DNA of 64,000 nt from Candidatus Latescibacterota bacterium. Its GTDB lineage: Bacteria > Latescibacterota > UBA2968 > UBA8231. Shown here one piece after another: positions 9,712 to 19,075 of the stretch. The stretch is taken from the NCBI GenBank assembly GCA_965248265.1, contig CBDFJF010000001.1:1984001-2048000 (forward strand), in the 5' to 3' direction. The notes under the pieces were generated by a model, which had not been told where the DNA came from, ran no database searches, and saw only the letters and a list, made by a program, of their open reading frames with translations. How positions within the stretch are numbered: position 1 is the first letter of the stretch; each line of letters opens with the position of its first letter. The translations under genes and the position numbers were made by a program.

Positions 9712-10871
9712 GAGTGATTCCCCTCGTCAGATACAGCCAAATGCGAAACGCCCATCCATGGACTCACGACAGTCGCCCCACAGTCTAGTTCCCCGATGCG
9801 CGCAAGAATGGCTTTCTGTACCTCGTGATTATTGCTACATATCACTACCAGGTCGTTCTCGTCGAGACTTGACGCTCCCTGAAGCCCGAAACTAGCCTCG
9901 AACGGCTCGTTACAGTTGTCGTCGATGTAGGCGAGTCTAGCGCCATTGAGGCTGTCCCTCAACTCCTGGAACACCCTGCGGAAGTAGAATGAAACCCCGT
10001 AAAAAACGATCCTCCGACCGCACTCGGCATCTCTGATAATCCGCTCAGTGATTTCCTTTCTTTCGTGGCGTAGTGACGCGAACTTTTCCTTGAGCACGGT
10101 TGCCCGCCGAAGACAGGACTTGGTCGTCGATCTTGAACTGTTTTCTTTGACTGCTATGACCCTGAGGAAGTTCGTCCTGTCGACTTCGATGGCGCGGAAT
10201 CCTTGGAGAGTCGCAAGTAGAGAGTCCTTGTCGAAGTGGCATACGTGGTCTAGAATAAAATCCTCCACTTTGTGTCGGAGACACATATCTAAGTCCGGAA
10301 CTTCGACATACAGAATCCCGTCGTCTGACAGAATCTCGCGTATTCCAGCCACAAATTCTCTCGGCTTCTTAGTATGCTCAATCACGTGTTTCGCGATGAC
10401 AACATCGAACTTGCTATTGAAGGACTCAGGCCTGAAGACGTCCCTGACGGTGGGAACCGTCAGGCCGCTGAAGAAGGCAGGTTCAACCCCCAATATGTTT
10501 GCCGTCGGCACCTCCTCCTTGAGGAGGGTTAGGAGATCCCCACGGTTGGAACCAATCTCGAGGACGTTAAGCGGAGTACTCTTTCTCGGTAGGTGCCTGA
10601 GTATAGCTTCCGCCGGGTCAAGATTCCTTTTAGTTCGGTCGGGGAAATCGAAATTCTCATTGACGCCGTAGGATTCGTATATTTTCCCGCTCAGCTCGTC
10701 GTATTCTTCTGTATAGGCGCTTGCTTGAAAAACGAAGCAGCAGCTATGGCAGAGATGTACTCGCAGGCAGAGAGGCGTGTGGCGCAGCAAACTAGCGAAA
10801 CAAGCGCGACCGACTGAGTACACCTCCTCAGTCTGCACAGACTCACACAGAGGACATCTTAGCTCATGCAT
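9708..10871 (-). CDS. class I SAM methyltransferase with N-terminal Zn-binding motif (sugar C/O-methyltransferase-like)
   Basis: CPLC...CHSC, VLEIGSNRG, HVIEH, EVPD. Confidence 0.8.
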   Translation of the reverse strand: MHELRCPLCESVQTEEVYSVGRACFASLLRHTPLCLRVHLCHSCCFVFQASAYTEEYDELSGKIYESYGVNENFDFPDRTKRNLDPAEAILRHLPRKSTPLNVLEIGSNRGDLLTLLKEEVPTANILGVEPAFFSGLTVPTVRDVFRPESFNSKFDVVIAKHVIEHTKKPREFVAGIREILSDDGILYVEVPDLDMCLRHKVEDFILDHVCHFDKDSLLATLQGFRAIEVDRTNFLRVIAVKENSSRSTTKSCLRRATVLKEKFASLRHERKEITERIIRDAECGRRIVFYGVSFYFRRVFQELRDSLNGARLAYIDDNCNEPFEASFGLQGASSLDENDLVVICSNNHEVQKAILARIGELDCGATVVSPWMGVSHLAVSDEGNHS

Positions 10872-11731
10872 TGATCTTCAATGTACGTTTCCAGCATGGT
10901 GGTCATATCAGTAGGGCTGTAACCGTATTCGCGTATTGCCCTTTGAGTCGAGATAATGAAGGACCGCTGCGGCGCGGGGAGAGTGCTCACTGCAACTTTC
11001 TTGTTACAGCACCGACGAATTGACTCCGCCATTTCCTTGACAGTCATGGTGCCTTGGGCCGCCAGCGTTAGCACATCGAAACCGGGGAGGCCCTCCCTGG
11101 CCACTAGCTGTGTAGTGAAACTACAGAGATCACCTATGTCGACGGCGTTGTTAAACGCTGCATCCGGGTTGTAGATCGTGATGTCGACACCAGCTCGTAC
11201 GTCTCGCACGAGTCTCGCCAGCCACGGCCGTTTAGCCCCTCGACCGATGACGCCTGGAAGCCTCAACGCGACGATGGAGAGACTTTCCTTGAAGCTCTCA
11301 AGGAGCTGCTCACAGACGTATTTGCTGGTGCCATATGGGCCCGGACTTCGCACTTCCGTGTTTTCGTCAACTTCCGTCACTTCGACATCGCCGTATACGG
11401 AAATACTCGAGAGGAACACCAGGTTCCTGCACCGTGTTCGCACGGCAGCCGACATCAAATTGTCTGTTCCTACTACGTTGTCCGCGATGTAATCTCGGAC
11501 AACGACACCCTTGTCGGGAGATCGGGCAGCTGCGTGAACTATGGCGTCGATGTCTTCGGGCAGCTTCGGGATTGCCTTACTAAGATCGGCTACGACAATC
11601 TCGGGAGCAGTGCTGCTTGCGTGCGAATATTCTGTCCTGACTAGACAGACCGGATCCAAACCATGAGCGCGAATAGACTCGACTACCTGTCGACCGATGA
11701 ATCCGCCAGCGCCCGTTACTAGTATTCGCAA
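10859..11731 (-). CDS. NAD(P)-dependent epimerase/reductase (SDR)
   Basis: TGAGGFIG, SSISVYG, YGTSK. Confidence 0.85.
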   Translation of the reverse strand: MRILVTGAGGFIGRQVVESIRAHGLDPVCLVRTEYSHASSTAPEIVVADLSKAIPKLPEDIDAIVHAAARSPDKGVVVRDYIADNVVGTDNLMSAAVRTRCRNLVFLSSISVYGDVEVTEVDENTEVRSPGPYGTSKYVCEQLLESFKESLSIVALRLPGVIGRGAKRPWLARLVRDVRAGVDITIYNPDAAFNNAVDIGDLCSFTTQLVAREGLPGFDVLTLAAQGTMTVKEMAESIRRCCNKKVAVSTLPAPQRSFIISTQRAIREYGYSPTDMTTMLETYIEDQCMS

Positions 11732-11746
11732 AATCTCATCGAAGCA

Positions 11747-12904
11747 TCATTGGAGACTCGTCGCTACTCCCATCGCCTGCTCTATACAGTCATCAATGTC
11801 AACTCTGTACTGATAACTGCCCGCCCTGCCGATCGAGAACACTCGGTCCGGCATATCCCGAATGTACTTTTTCGCCTTTGCGATCTCAGACTTGAAGGGA
11901 ACTGGGTAATACTTGCCATTCATCGATGGAATTTCCATGCCCACCAGAGTCGTAGGGGCATCCCAGTTCTGCCGTGTAAATTGCTTGTATTCCACTAGCC
12001 GCGTGAAGCCTTCGTCGTTGGCATAGTACAGGAAATAAACATTTTCGGGAAACGAGTGTGCGACAGGCAGAACAATCTTGTGGAAATCGCGACCGACAAA
12101 CGGCAGCTCGCCGTATGTACCGTTCATCACGATGTCCGGAGAAATAGTATTGACGATGACGTCGAACGCCCTTTTGGCTCCATCGATCACGACGGCGCGC
12201 CTGGCAAGATCATATGACTCAATCGTCGTCCCCAGCATCACGGTTGCGCCTGCTGTTGCAATGTCGAAATAGTCGTTATAGCCGTTCGCAGCATAGGGAT
12301 ACGCGGAGATCGCCGTGTCCCATGCTTCCTTCGGGCCATCCTTCAGAGTGACTCCTTTCGGCGACCACGTAAAGTCATCGATGTCGCGATTGTCCTCGAC
12401 GAGCCACATCTTCTTCGAGTAAGTCTTGACGAACTTGCTGTATAGTGTCTCCCCGATTGAAGCAATCCAGAATTCCTCGAAATTCCTCGCGTTACCGGCC
12501 CCTTGAAGGCGCCGTACTTCCGCCAGCTCTTCTTCGATTCGATCGCTGTCGGGCATGCGCTCGACATCGTCTATATGAATAGGGTAGTTGTAGAACTGAG
12601 CGTCCCTCTCCACATATGTGAGAAAGATGTGCTCCTGGCAGCGTCGCAACGGGCACAACGCGTTGAGGTAATCGAAAACCGCCTCGTTCTGCGTCAGAAA
12701 GTGCCGCGGACCAAAGGTATAGGGGTGCCCGCCGAACCACTGTGTCCTCACGCCTGCGCCCAGATGCGGGGCCCGTTCGACAAGCGTAATATCCCATCCC
12801 CCTTGGGTGGTAAGCATGTGTGCTGCCGAACATCCCGCGAAGCCTCCACCGATAATCAATGCTGTCTTTGCCAAATCGTATCCGCTCTCAGCCAACCATG
12901 CCAA
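11747..12904 (-). CDS. glf: UDP-galactopyranose mutase-like flavoprotein
   Basis: GGGFAG, FGPRHF, TRLVEYK, YYPVP, GRAGSYQY..IDD. Confidence 0.75.
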   Translation of the reverse strand: MAWLAESGYDLAKTALIIGGGFAGCSAAHMLTTQGGWDITLVERAPHLGAGVRTQWFGGHPYTFGPRHFLTQNEAVFDYLNALCPLRRCQEHIFLTYVERDAQFYNYPIHIDDVERMPDSDRIEEELAEVRRLQGAGNARNFEEFWIASIGETLYSKFVKTYSKKMWLVEDNRDIDDFTWSPKGVTLKDGPKEAWDTAISAYPYAANGYNDYFDIATAGATVMLGTTIESYDLARRAVVIDGAKRAFDVIVNTISPDIVMNGTYGELPFVGRDFHKIVLPVAHSFPENVYFLYYANDEGFTRLVEYKQFTRQNWDAPTTLVGMEIPSMNGKYYPVPFKSEIAKAKKYIRDMPDRVFSIGRAGSYQYRVDIDDCIEQAMGVATSLQ

Positions 12905-13934
12905 TCAGACATCGTCCGGTAGCACCGTCTCTGACGGCATCGAGGGCAACGTTTATCTCGCTTAGGTTAAACTCATGAGTGATCAGGCCATCCAATGTCA
13001 TCTTGCCGCTCTTACATAGCTGCACATAGCGAGGAATCTCCACATCGGGGCGCGAGCTTCCGCCATGAGATCCTGTAAGGACCTTCTGATAGTGCAGAGG
13101 TAGGGAGTGAATGGATATGTTGTCGCCCTGGCGGGGAACTCCGACGAGGATCGTCTTGCCGTTTGGTGACGTAAGGTTGTACGCCGCTTCTATGACGCTG
13201 GTATTGCCGGTCGTGTCGATGACCACATCTGCGCCCTGCTCTCCCACGATCTCCCGAATGCCTGCTGCAGTGTCTCGCTCGCCCTCAGCTACAAAGCCAT
13301 GGGTCATCCCGAACTGCTTGGCCATCTCCAGCTTCGACTCGACCACGTCCACCCCAATAATGGGATGTGCAGACACCATGTCAGCCCCCTGGATGGTGTT
13401 GAGGCCGACCCCACCTACACCGAAAACGACGACAGACTGGCCGATCTTCACCTGGGCATCATTGTTGATGACCCCCATCGCGGTAGTGACGGCACAACCG
13501 AACAGAGGCGCCAGTTTCATGTCGAAATCGTTCGGAATGACTGTCAGTCGATTCTCCGATACTACAGCCAAGTCGTTGAAGGTGGTCACCCAACCAGCGT
13601 TAACGGTACGACCGTCCCACTTGTAGGAGGGTGTCTCTGACTGGAGACCACTGCTGGGACGCCAATGGAGGACTACGTGATCGCCCGGAGTTACTGTCTT
13701 GACACCCGGCCCCACGTCTTCGACTACGCCAGAGCCCTCGTGGCCGAGAAGGTGCGGTAGATAAGGGTCAGCGCCCTTAACGCCGTCGATCTCATTCAGC
13801 TGAGCGCCACAGATGCCGCTATACATGACTCTGACAAGGACCTGGCCATAGGTCAAATCAGATGTTGCTGTCAGTTCGACCACAGATAGTGGTTCGTGTT
13901 GGTTCACCAATACTGCAGCCCTCAACGTTACCAT
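12888..13934 (-). CDS. zinc-dependent alcohol dehydrogenase (MDR)
   Basis: GIC, LGHEGSG, GCAVTT, GVGGVG. Lacks the structural-Zn Cys lobe. Confidence 0.9.
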   Translation of the reverse strand: MVTLRAAVLVNQHEPLSVVELTATSDLTYGQVLVRVMYSGICGAQLNEIDGVKGADPYLPHLLGHEGSGVVEDVGPGVKTVTPGDHVVLHWRPSSGLQSETPSYKWDGRTVNAGWVTTFNDLAVVSENRLTVIPNDFDMKLAPLFGCAVTTAMGVINNDAQVKIGQSVVVFGVGGVGLNTIQGADMVSAHPIIGVDVVESKLEMAKQFGMTHGFVAEGERDTAAGIREIVGEQGADVVIDTTGNTSVIEAAYNLTSPNGKTILVGVPRQGDNISIHSLPLHYQKVLTGSHGGSSRPDVEIPRYVQLCKSGKMTLDGLITHEFNLSEINVALDAVRDGATGRCLIGMVG

Positions 13935-13946
13935 GCCGTCATTGTT

Positions 13947-14609
13947 TCATTCGAAGAAGATGAACTCGTAATCCCCAGTATACCCGTACTGCTGAAGCAG
14001 CCATATCCACTCTGCCGTATCAAAGAATGTCTCCGCCGTAAGCGCCCAGCACTGAAGGTTGAAGAGCTCCTCCTCGTCTCGGTAACTCTCGACCATCACG
14101 TATTTGTTCCTCCCTACCCTTTCGATCTCCCGAACAGCATTCGCCAGCTCAAAGAGCCGAAGATTGTGCAGGCAGCCGAATGAGATGACCAGGTCAAAAT
14201 AGTCATCGCCATATGGGTATACATCCTGAGCACGGTAGTTGGACAGAGAGATGCGGGAGGGTGTTGGTGCATCGCTAACTCCATGTTTAGAAATGTCAAA
14301 ACCGTAGACCTCCGATTCGGGTAGGAGCTCTGCCAACTCATGGAGCAGGTGGGCCTTCCCGCAACCCACATCCAGAATCAGTGCGTCTGATGACAGACTG
14401 TAGATCTCTATCAGCCTTTCGGCGACCGCCTTCCATCTTCCATCGTAGGCGTAACCCCCGTACCCATACCGCCTGTCGCCATCCCAGTAATCGTACTCAT
14501 ACTCCTTTGCCTTCATCATGCAGTGCACCTTTTCGTCCTGCATGCGACCGACGTAATCTCTCTGTGTCCGCCTGTGAAGCGGTGTTACTACGTTCATCAG
14601 TCTTCCCAT
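13947..14609 (-). CDS. class I SAM-dependent methyltransferase
   Basis: DYWDGDRRYGYGGY, ILDVGCGK, LHNL. Confidence 0.85.
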   Translation of the reverse strand: MGRLMNVVTPLHRRTQRDYVGRMQDEKVHCMMKAKEYEYDYWDGDRRYGYGGYAYDGRWKAVAERLIEIYSLSSDALILDVGCGKAHLLHELAELLPESEVYGFDISKHGVSDAPTPSRISLSNYRAQDVYPYGDDYFDLVISFGCLHNLRLFELANAVREIERVGRNKYVMVESYRDEEELFNLQCWALTAETFFDTAEWIWLLQQYGYTGDYEFIFFE

Positions 14610-14622
14610 AGCTCGGCTCCCT

Positions 14623-15552
14623 CTATCCCTCTCTGTTCATCATGCACACCTGGTCCACGATGCGCTGCGAGGTGACTTGGTAGCGTGCCATCAAACTGAC
14701 TTGTGTGCCGTACTCTTCTGCGAACTGATCAGGGATGCCAATCCGGTGAAATCGCCGCGTGGCAGTAGCCGTGTTTTCCATCAAGACTTCGGCGACCGCA
14801 CTCCCCAGGCCGCCGACTACAGTGTGTTCTTCGATGGTCACAACCGAGGGAGTGTCTGCGGCATGCTGCAGAAGGGCCTCGGTATCCAGCGGCTTCACAG
14901 TATGCATGTGTAGAATTGCCGCTTCAATCCCCTGCTCACTGAGCCGATCTGACGCCTCCAACGCTAGTCGAAGACAGATGCCCGTTGTCACCAGCAGGAC
15001 ATCACGGCCCTCACGCATGTGGATCGCCTTGCCTATCTCGAATCGAGAGCCGTCATTGGTGACCACTGGATCGTATCCCTTAGCCAAGCGGATGTACAGA
15101 GGGCCATCGAGATCGAGAGTCAGAGGCATCAGGCGGCGCATCTCATCAGCGTCGGCGGGGGCCACTATAGTCATATTCGGGATGGTCCGCAGTATCGCCA
15201 TGTCATCTGTCGCTAGGTGTGTGGGTCCGAGAGGAGCATACACGTATCCTCCGCCATTGCCGATCAACCGAACAGGCACATTGTGCAGGCAAACATCCAA
15301 TACGATCTGTTCGAAACACCGTCGTGTCAAAAATGTCGCGATGGTATTGACATACGGGATTTTGCCTTCGAGAGCGAGTCCAGCCGCCACGCCCACGATG
15401 TTGGCTTCACTGACGCCCTCCATGAAGAAGCGCTCCGGCATTTCCTCCTTGAATGCCTGCAGTACGCCGACCCCCAGATCCGAACCAATGAAGAAGACTC
15501 GCCGATCTCGCTTGGCGAGTTCGTACACCAAATCCAGACAGGTCTTACGCAC
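14623..15552 (-). CDS. transketolase C-terminal subunit (split transketolase)
   Basis: GSDLG, GVSE, GPTH, EEH..GGLG. GTG start at 15552 overlaps the N-subunit stop region. Confidence 0.9.
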   Translation of the reverse strand: MRKTCLDLVYELAKRDRRVFFIGSDLGVGVLQAFKEEMPERFFMEGVSEANIVGVAAGLALEGKIPYVNTIATFLTRRCFEQIVLDVCLHNVPVRLIGNGGGYVYAPLGPTHLATDDMAILRTIPNMTIVAPADADEMRRLMPLTLDLDGPLYIRLAKGYDPVVTNDGSRFEIGKAIHMREGRDVLLVTTGICLRLALEASDRLSEQGIEAAILHMHTVKPLDTEALLQHAADTPSVVTIEEHTVVGGLGSAVAEVLMENTATATRRFHRIGIPDQFAEEYGTQVSLMARYQVTSQRIVDQVCMMNREG

Positions 15553-16372
15553 GAATGGTCCCCAAGTCGACCCACAGCTCATGGAGTTCCTGATCGGACA
15601 GTTGGCTCTTGTGGTGCCACTCCATCTCGTTTTCCGCGAAGGAAATCCCTCTCCCTTTTACGGTATGGCAAATGATTGCGTTGGGCCGACCCGACTCAAC
15701 TGGCAAGGTCTTCAAGACACTGGCCAGGGCCTGTACGCTATGGCCGTCCACGCTCGTCACGCCAAAGCCAAAGCTGGTCCACTTGTCTTCAATGGGCTCA
15801 AGGCTCTGCACCTCCTCTGTGGAAGAGTAGGATTGGTGCTTGTTGTAATCGACCAGAACTGTGAGATTGTCGAGTCGATGTTTGCCGGCACAGAGAGCTG
15901 CCTCCCACACCGATCCCTCGTTCGACTCGCCATCGCCGATTACCACAAACACTCGATACCGCATTTGTTCAAATCTGGCGTTCAGCGCCATTCCTATCCC
16001 AATCGAGAGGCCATGGCCGAGGCTCCCAGTAGACGCCTCGACTCCGGGGATTTTTCTCTCGGGGTGGCCCCCCAATATTCCGTCACTTTGACAGAACTTG
16101 CTCAGCTCAGACTCCGGGAAGAACCCCTTGTCCGACAGAATGGCGTAAAGTGCCAGACAACCATGCCCCTTGCTCAATATGAAACGATCGCGTTCTGGCC
16201 ACCGAGGACTACAAGAGTCAAACCTGAGTACACCGTCATAGAGTACCCGGAGAATCTCGACGAGCGAAAACGCCGCTCCCAGGTGTCCCCGTCGACTGGA
16301 CTCCAATGTGCGAATCATGATCTTGCGGAGCTCGATCGAGCGCTCGTCCAATGGCGTTGTGGCCGACGGCAT
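15545..16372 (-). CDS. transketolase N-terminal (ThDP-binding) subunit
   Basis: DRFILSKGH, GSLGHGL, GDGE..EG..WEA..N, HTVKG. Confidence 0.92.
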   Translation of the reverse strand: MPSATTPLDERSIELRKIMIRTLESSRRGHLGAAFSLVEILRVLYDGVLRFDSCSPRWPERDRFILSKGHGCLALYAILSDKGFFPESELSKFCQSDGILGGHPERKIPGVEASTGSLGHGLSIGIGMALNARFEQMRYRVFVVIGDGESNEGSVWEAALCAGKHRLDNLTVLVDYNKHQSYSSTEEVQSLEPIEDKWTSFGFGVTSVDGHSVQALASVLKTLPVESGRPNAIICHTVKGRGISFAENEMEWHHKSQLSDQELHELWVDLGTIRA

Positions 16373-16375
16373 CTG

Positions 16376-17512
16376 CTATATCCTGTAGGGAAAACCTCGA
16401 TGCTCGCCTACTCGATCCAACATCGTCCTAGCCTTGTCCAGCTGGCGCAATCTCAGACACCTTATATCTTCCGGCCCCGCTGACGACGCGAATGGGCGCC
16501 TTTGCAGCTCAGTGGGAACAAACTCGTTCAGAAGTACCATACACCACTTCAAACCGAATAGTGGATAGGCTATCTGCACTCGCTTTACCAATTCCTCCGA
16601 CTCAGGGAAGTAGTTCAGTATGCCATCGAGAAAAGTTTGCCTCAGCCCGGAACCAATCGCCATCCTCTCATGAGGATGGAGGAGGAAATCAACGATCATC
16701 TTGGCTGGATCGTCCCAGCCGAAATGCTCGAAGTCCAGAAAAACCAACTCACCTCCGGACCGTCTCAATACATTGTGAAAGCCGAAGTCGGATGGACTGA
16801 GGGTCCGCCAAGGTGTTGGGATCTCGCTGCGAAACGTCAGCCCCCAAGAGCTGGCCATCCTCTCACAGCGAGTGGACAGCTCCGAAAACAAAGGCCTAAA
16901 GTCCCGCTCGAGGAACGTATTGAGCTCCGCGAACTCGTAGCCTTTTTCGTCATTCCTCAACCTATTCAAGCGTCCAGCTATACTGTCCACTACCGCGGCA
17001 CCGGAGAAGCAGGCCTCGGATGCGACGAACAACCGGGAGGCTGCCGGTTGCTCGCTCAGGAGGCGCAGATGCTTCAGGAAATCGATGGCCTGAGCGATAT
17101 CGTTCCGCGTCACTCCAGCCACGGCAATACTCTGTCCCTCAACATACTCATAGAGTGCACACCTGTGAGACCAGCTAATAACCACAGGTCTGGTTACGTT
17201 CACAACGCCAGTGGATCGCAAGAACTGCAGAGCGCGCCACTCGGCCTCCATACGGTCCCGCTGGCCGGAGATCAGGGCAGGATAGATCTTCGCCACATAC
17301 CGCGCATCCCCACACTCAATCTTGAAAACCCGGCTATTCCGGCCCCCATCCAACGGGGAGACGTTCTCGCTCTCTTGGCCGAGAAGTTCCCGTATGGCAG
17401 CGAGGCTCGGTTGAAGGTCGCCGCTAACCCTGGGTGCCGAAGAAATAGCCATATATGTCTGACCAGCGACCGCGAAGTCGAATGCCGTTGAGGTCGTGAT
17501 CTCGTGATCCAT
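16376..17512 (-). CDS. aminoglycoside phosphotransferase/choline kinase-like protein
   Basis: GGRNSRV, SPSDFGFHN, FLDFEHFGWDDP. Confidence 0.8.
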   Translation of the reverse strand: MDHEITTSTAFDFAVAGQTYMAISSAPRVSGDLQPSLAAIRELLGQESENVSPLDGGRNSRVFKIECGDARYVAKIYPALISGQRDRMEAEWRALQFLRSTGVVNVTRPVVISWSHRCALYEYVEGQSIAVAGVTRNDIAQAIDFLKHLRLLSEQPAASRLFVASEACFSGAAVVDSIAGRLNRLRNDEKGYEFAELNTFLERDFRPLFSELSTRCERMASSWGLTFRSEIPTPWRTLSPSDFGFHNVLRRSGGELVFLDFEHFGWDDPAKMIVDFLLHPHERMAIGSGLRQTFLDGILNYFPESEELVKRVQIAYPLFGLKWCMVLLNEFVPTELQRRPFASSAGPEDIRCLRLRQLDKARTMLDRVGEHRGFPYRI

Positions 17513-18074
17513 GCTGGGTGAACAGTATCCTCTCCACCTCTGTTGGGAACGCAGGCTCCAAGAACACTTCCATCAAGTCATCGACGAATGTAGTGCAACC
17601 CAATCGTCTGATGTGCTGTATCTTCTCCCGACGAGTCGTGGCAAAGATAATATCACGTCGTGTCAGTCCGATATCGCTGTTGAACAGCCCTGCTCTTTCC
17701 ATCCATCCAACAGCAGCTTCGCGTAGGTTCGTTCCGGTCTCATCGTAATTTGCAAGTTCGGTCTTGTGGCTTACTATCCGCACCGATACACCCGTGACAT
17801 GGCACTGGCCAAGAAACTCGTGCACGCCTTCGATCAGACAGGCCTCGGCGATTCTGGGGCCGTATACGCATGCCTGAACCTTTTGCCACTCGACTTCCCC
17901 GTTGGGTAAACGGCGAATGTAGTCTCGGTACTTCTGCTTGCTCCAGTTCTCTACGCAGGGACGGAAGCCTCTCTTGACTACCTCATCTGCGATGACACGA
18001 TCGTACGCCACGATCGTGTTGTCGAAATCCACACCGATAATGGGATTCATTGGAAGCGTAGCCCGGCGATTCAT
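17424..18074 (-). CDS. HAD-superfamily phosphatase-like protein
   Basis: GVDFDNTI (DxD), VSHKT, K...FVDDL motifs. Confidence 0.75.
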   Translation of the reverse strand: MNRRATLPMNPIIGVDFDNTIVAYDRVIADEVVKRGFRPCVENWSKQKYRDYIRRLPNGEVEWQKVQACVYGPRIAEACLIEGVHEFLGQCHVTGVSVRIVSHKTELANYDETGTNLREAAVGWMERAGLFNSDIGLTRRDIIFATTRREKIQHIRRLGCTTFVDDLMEVFLEPAFPTEVERILFTQHGSRDHDLNGIRLRGRWSDIYGYFFGTQG

Positions 18075-19075
18075 TGCATGCCCAAAGCCTGCATAGTCTT
18101 GATGTTATAGTAGGATTTATCAGTCATGGAGTTTTGAACTAACCCACGCTCAAAAGCACCCACTAAATCACGTACTGCGTCTGCGATGGTGCGCTTGGCG
18201 ACAAAGCCAAGCTCGCGCTTGATCTTTTCGGATGAAATGTGGTAGGACCGATGGTCGTCGGTGGGCGTGGACTCTATCTCGACATCGCCCCCCACCTCAC
18301 GCCTAACAATATCGGCGATCTCTGAGACCCGATGGTTCTCATAACCAGCGTTGTAAATGCGACCATCGACAGCTTCATCCGGCCACTCGAGCGCTTGAGA
18401 GTACAGATCAGTGACGTCATCTATGTGAATATTCGGCCGCTTCTGCTGCCCCCCGAAGACTTTAATACGCCGGTTGAGAAGGGCGTGATTCGTCAGAATA
18501 TTGACAGTGAGATCGAGCCTGAGACGGGGGGCGTATCCGCAGACAGTTGCCGGCCGCAGTATCAGACCGACAAACCCCGGTTGCCTCTCGCGCAGAAGGA
18601 TCTCCTCGCATAGAGCCTTGTACCTGGAGTAATCGGTAAGTGGATTGAGGCTCAGATCTTCAGTGACATTATCCTCCTGCTTGACGCCGTATACGCTCGA
18701 AGAAGAGGCAAATACGAAACGCTTCACCTGTGCCTTCTTTGCTATCTGAATGAGCGGAAGGAAGGCGTCGTAGTTTATTGATCGACCGAGTTCAGGATTG
18801 AGATCAAAGCTGGGATCGTTGGAGATACACGCCAGGTGGATGATCGCGTCACATCCGTTGACTGCCTCGCGTAGGGCGGCTGTGTCACGAAGGTCACCCT
18901 TGACCTGCTCCAGGTTCGGGTGATGTCTGACTGAGTCAAGCACGTAAGTGCCATAGATATAAAGATCAAACACTCGCACACGGAAGCCCTGTCGCAGTAG
19001 CTTCGGCACTAACGAACTGCCGACGTATCCGGCGCCTCCTGTAACTAGTACTCTATCGACCATCGGTCTCGACAA
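18071..19075 (-). CDS. NAD-dependent epimerase/dehydratase (SDR)
   Basis: TGGAGYVG, HLACISND, YSRYK, RLDLTVN. Confidence 0.9.
   Translation of the reverse strand: MSRPMVDRVLVTGGAGYVGSSLVPKLLRQGFRVRVFDLYIYGTYVLDSVRHHPNLEQVKGDLRDTAALREAVNGCDAIIHLACISNDPSFDLNPELGRSINYDAFLPLIQIAKKAQVKRFVFASSSSVYGVKQEDNVTEDLSLNPLTDYSRYKALCEEILLRERQPGFVGLILRPATVCGYAPRLRLDLTVNILTNHALLNRRIKVFGGQQKRPNIHIDDVTDLYSQALEWPDEAVDGRIYNAGYENHRVSEIADIVRREVGGDVEIESTPTDDHRSYHISSEKIKRELGFVAKRTIADAVRDLVGAFERGLVQNSMTDKSYYNIKTMQALGMQ

Noticed and set aside
14759-16483. 574-aa plus-strand ORF
   Set aside because: Antisense shadow of the well-supported transketolase genes; no motifs.
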